Below, one piece after another: positions 63,660-64,000 of a stretch of DNA of 64,000 nucleotides. Source of the stretch: Tetramitus jugosus (lineage: Eukaryota; Protista; Heterolobosea); assembly GCA_937625935.1 (NCBI GenBank), contig OW569362.1:310001-374000 (forward strand), given 5' to 3'. The position numbers and the translations under genes were made by a program. The first letter of the stretch is position 1. Each line of letters begins with the position of its first letter. Below the pieces are notes generated by a model. The model saw only the letters and a program-made list of their open reading frames with translations, was not told the origin of the DNA and searched no databases.

Positions 63660-64000
63660 ATGGTAGAAACAAGAGCACATGATTATGGTGATCCACCTAA
63701 AATTACACCCCATATTGTTCGTCATCATCCAAAGAAGGAAGAAGATACAACTGGTTTGAAAAAAGAAAAGTTGTTCAGCACAGAACACTTCAAGAACGAG
63801 TACTCTGCTCCAGAACTTCGTGAATCACTCCAAGAAACCATCCTACTGGGAACTGCCTATGGTCCAAGTCACAGATGGACCAGTGGTAAGCAAAATCTGT
63901 TGGATCTCAAGTATTATCAAGAAGGAGGTCGATACTTGAATCCAGAGCGAAACACTCGAGTCAAAAAGATGGTGGATGAGAGAGATGAGAAGATACAGGA
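63660..64000 (+). CDS. Partial hypothetical CDS running off the window end
   Basis: Open frame MVETRAHDYGDPPKITPHIVRHHPKK... with no stop before 64000. Confidence 0.55.
   Translation, partial: MVETRAHDYGDPPKITPHIVRHHPKKEEDTTGLKKEKLFSTEHFKNEYSAPELRESLQETILLGTAYGPSHRWTSGKQNLLDLKYYQEGGRYLNPERNTRVKKMVDERDEKIQ

Noticed and set aside
1-64000. CRISPR arrays, tRNA/rRNA genes, transposases, telomeric repeats
   Set aside because: None recognised by eye. The repeats present are coding microsatellites or paralogous genes. tRNAscan-SE and Infernal would be needed to exclude small RNAs.

Overview
Gene-dense, AT-rich eukaryotic nuclear DNA with about 35 protein-coding genes, intergenic gaps of mostly 40-300 bp and a few short GT-AG introns, several with CTAAC branch points. 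The RCC1-repeat and Cache-HAMP-cyclase families and the low intron density suggest a free-living protist, possibly heterolobosean (inference only). Recognisable conserved genes are REV1, SFT2, CCDC174, WrbA, AGPS, KIAA0825, a DEUBAD protein, BOP1, phospholipase B, Rab14-like, an LPCAT-like acyltransferase, signal peptide peptidase, PABPN1, golgin-84 and a cyclin L/M-type gene. An accessory region at about 9.3-23 kb holds five GPI-type CAP/SCP paralogues interleaved with three deletion-eroded pseudogenes (CYTH/ThTPase-like, TatD, AOAH), an F-box/LRR gene flanked by two homologous relics, and two prokaryote-like flavoproteins. The most notable observations are: (1) one duplicated mitochondrial presequence placed on two unrelated adjacent proteins; (2) a circularly permuted SLOG-fold gene of prokaryote/virus type; (3) three probable pseudo-enzymes (PEPCK-like, Ser-less alpha/beta hydrolase, ankyrin-Cache-HAMP pseudo-cyclase); (4) a 23-bp inverted copy of a neighbouring gene inside a pseudogene. 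No rRNA, tRNA, CRISPR array or transposase was recognised. All family calls come from motif recall, not database searches.
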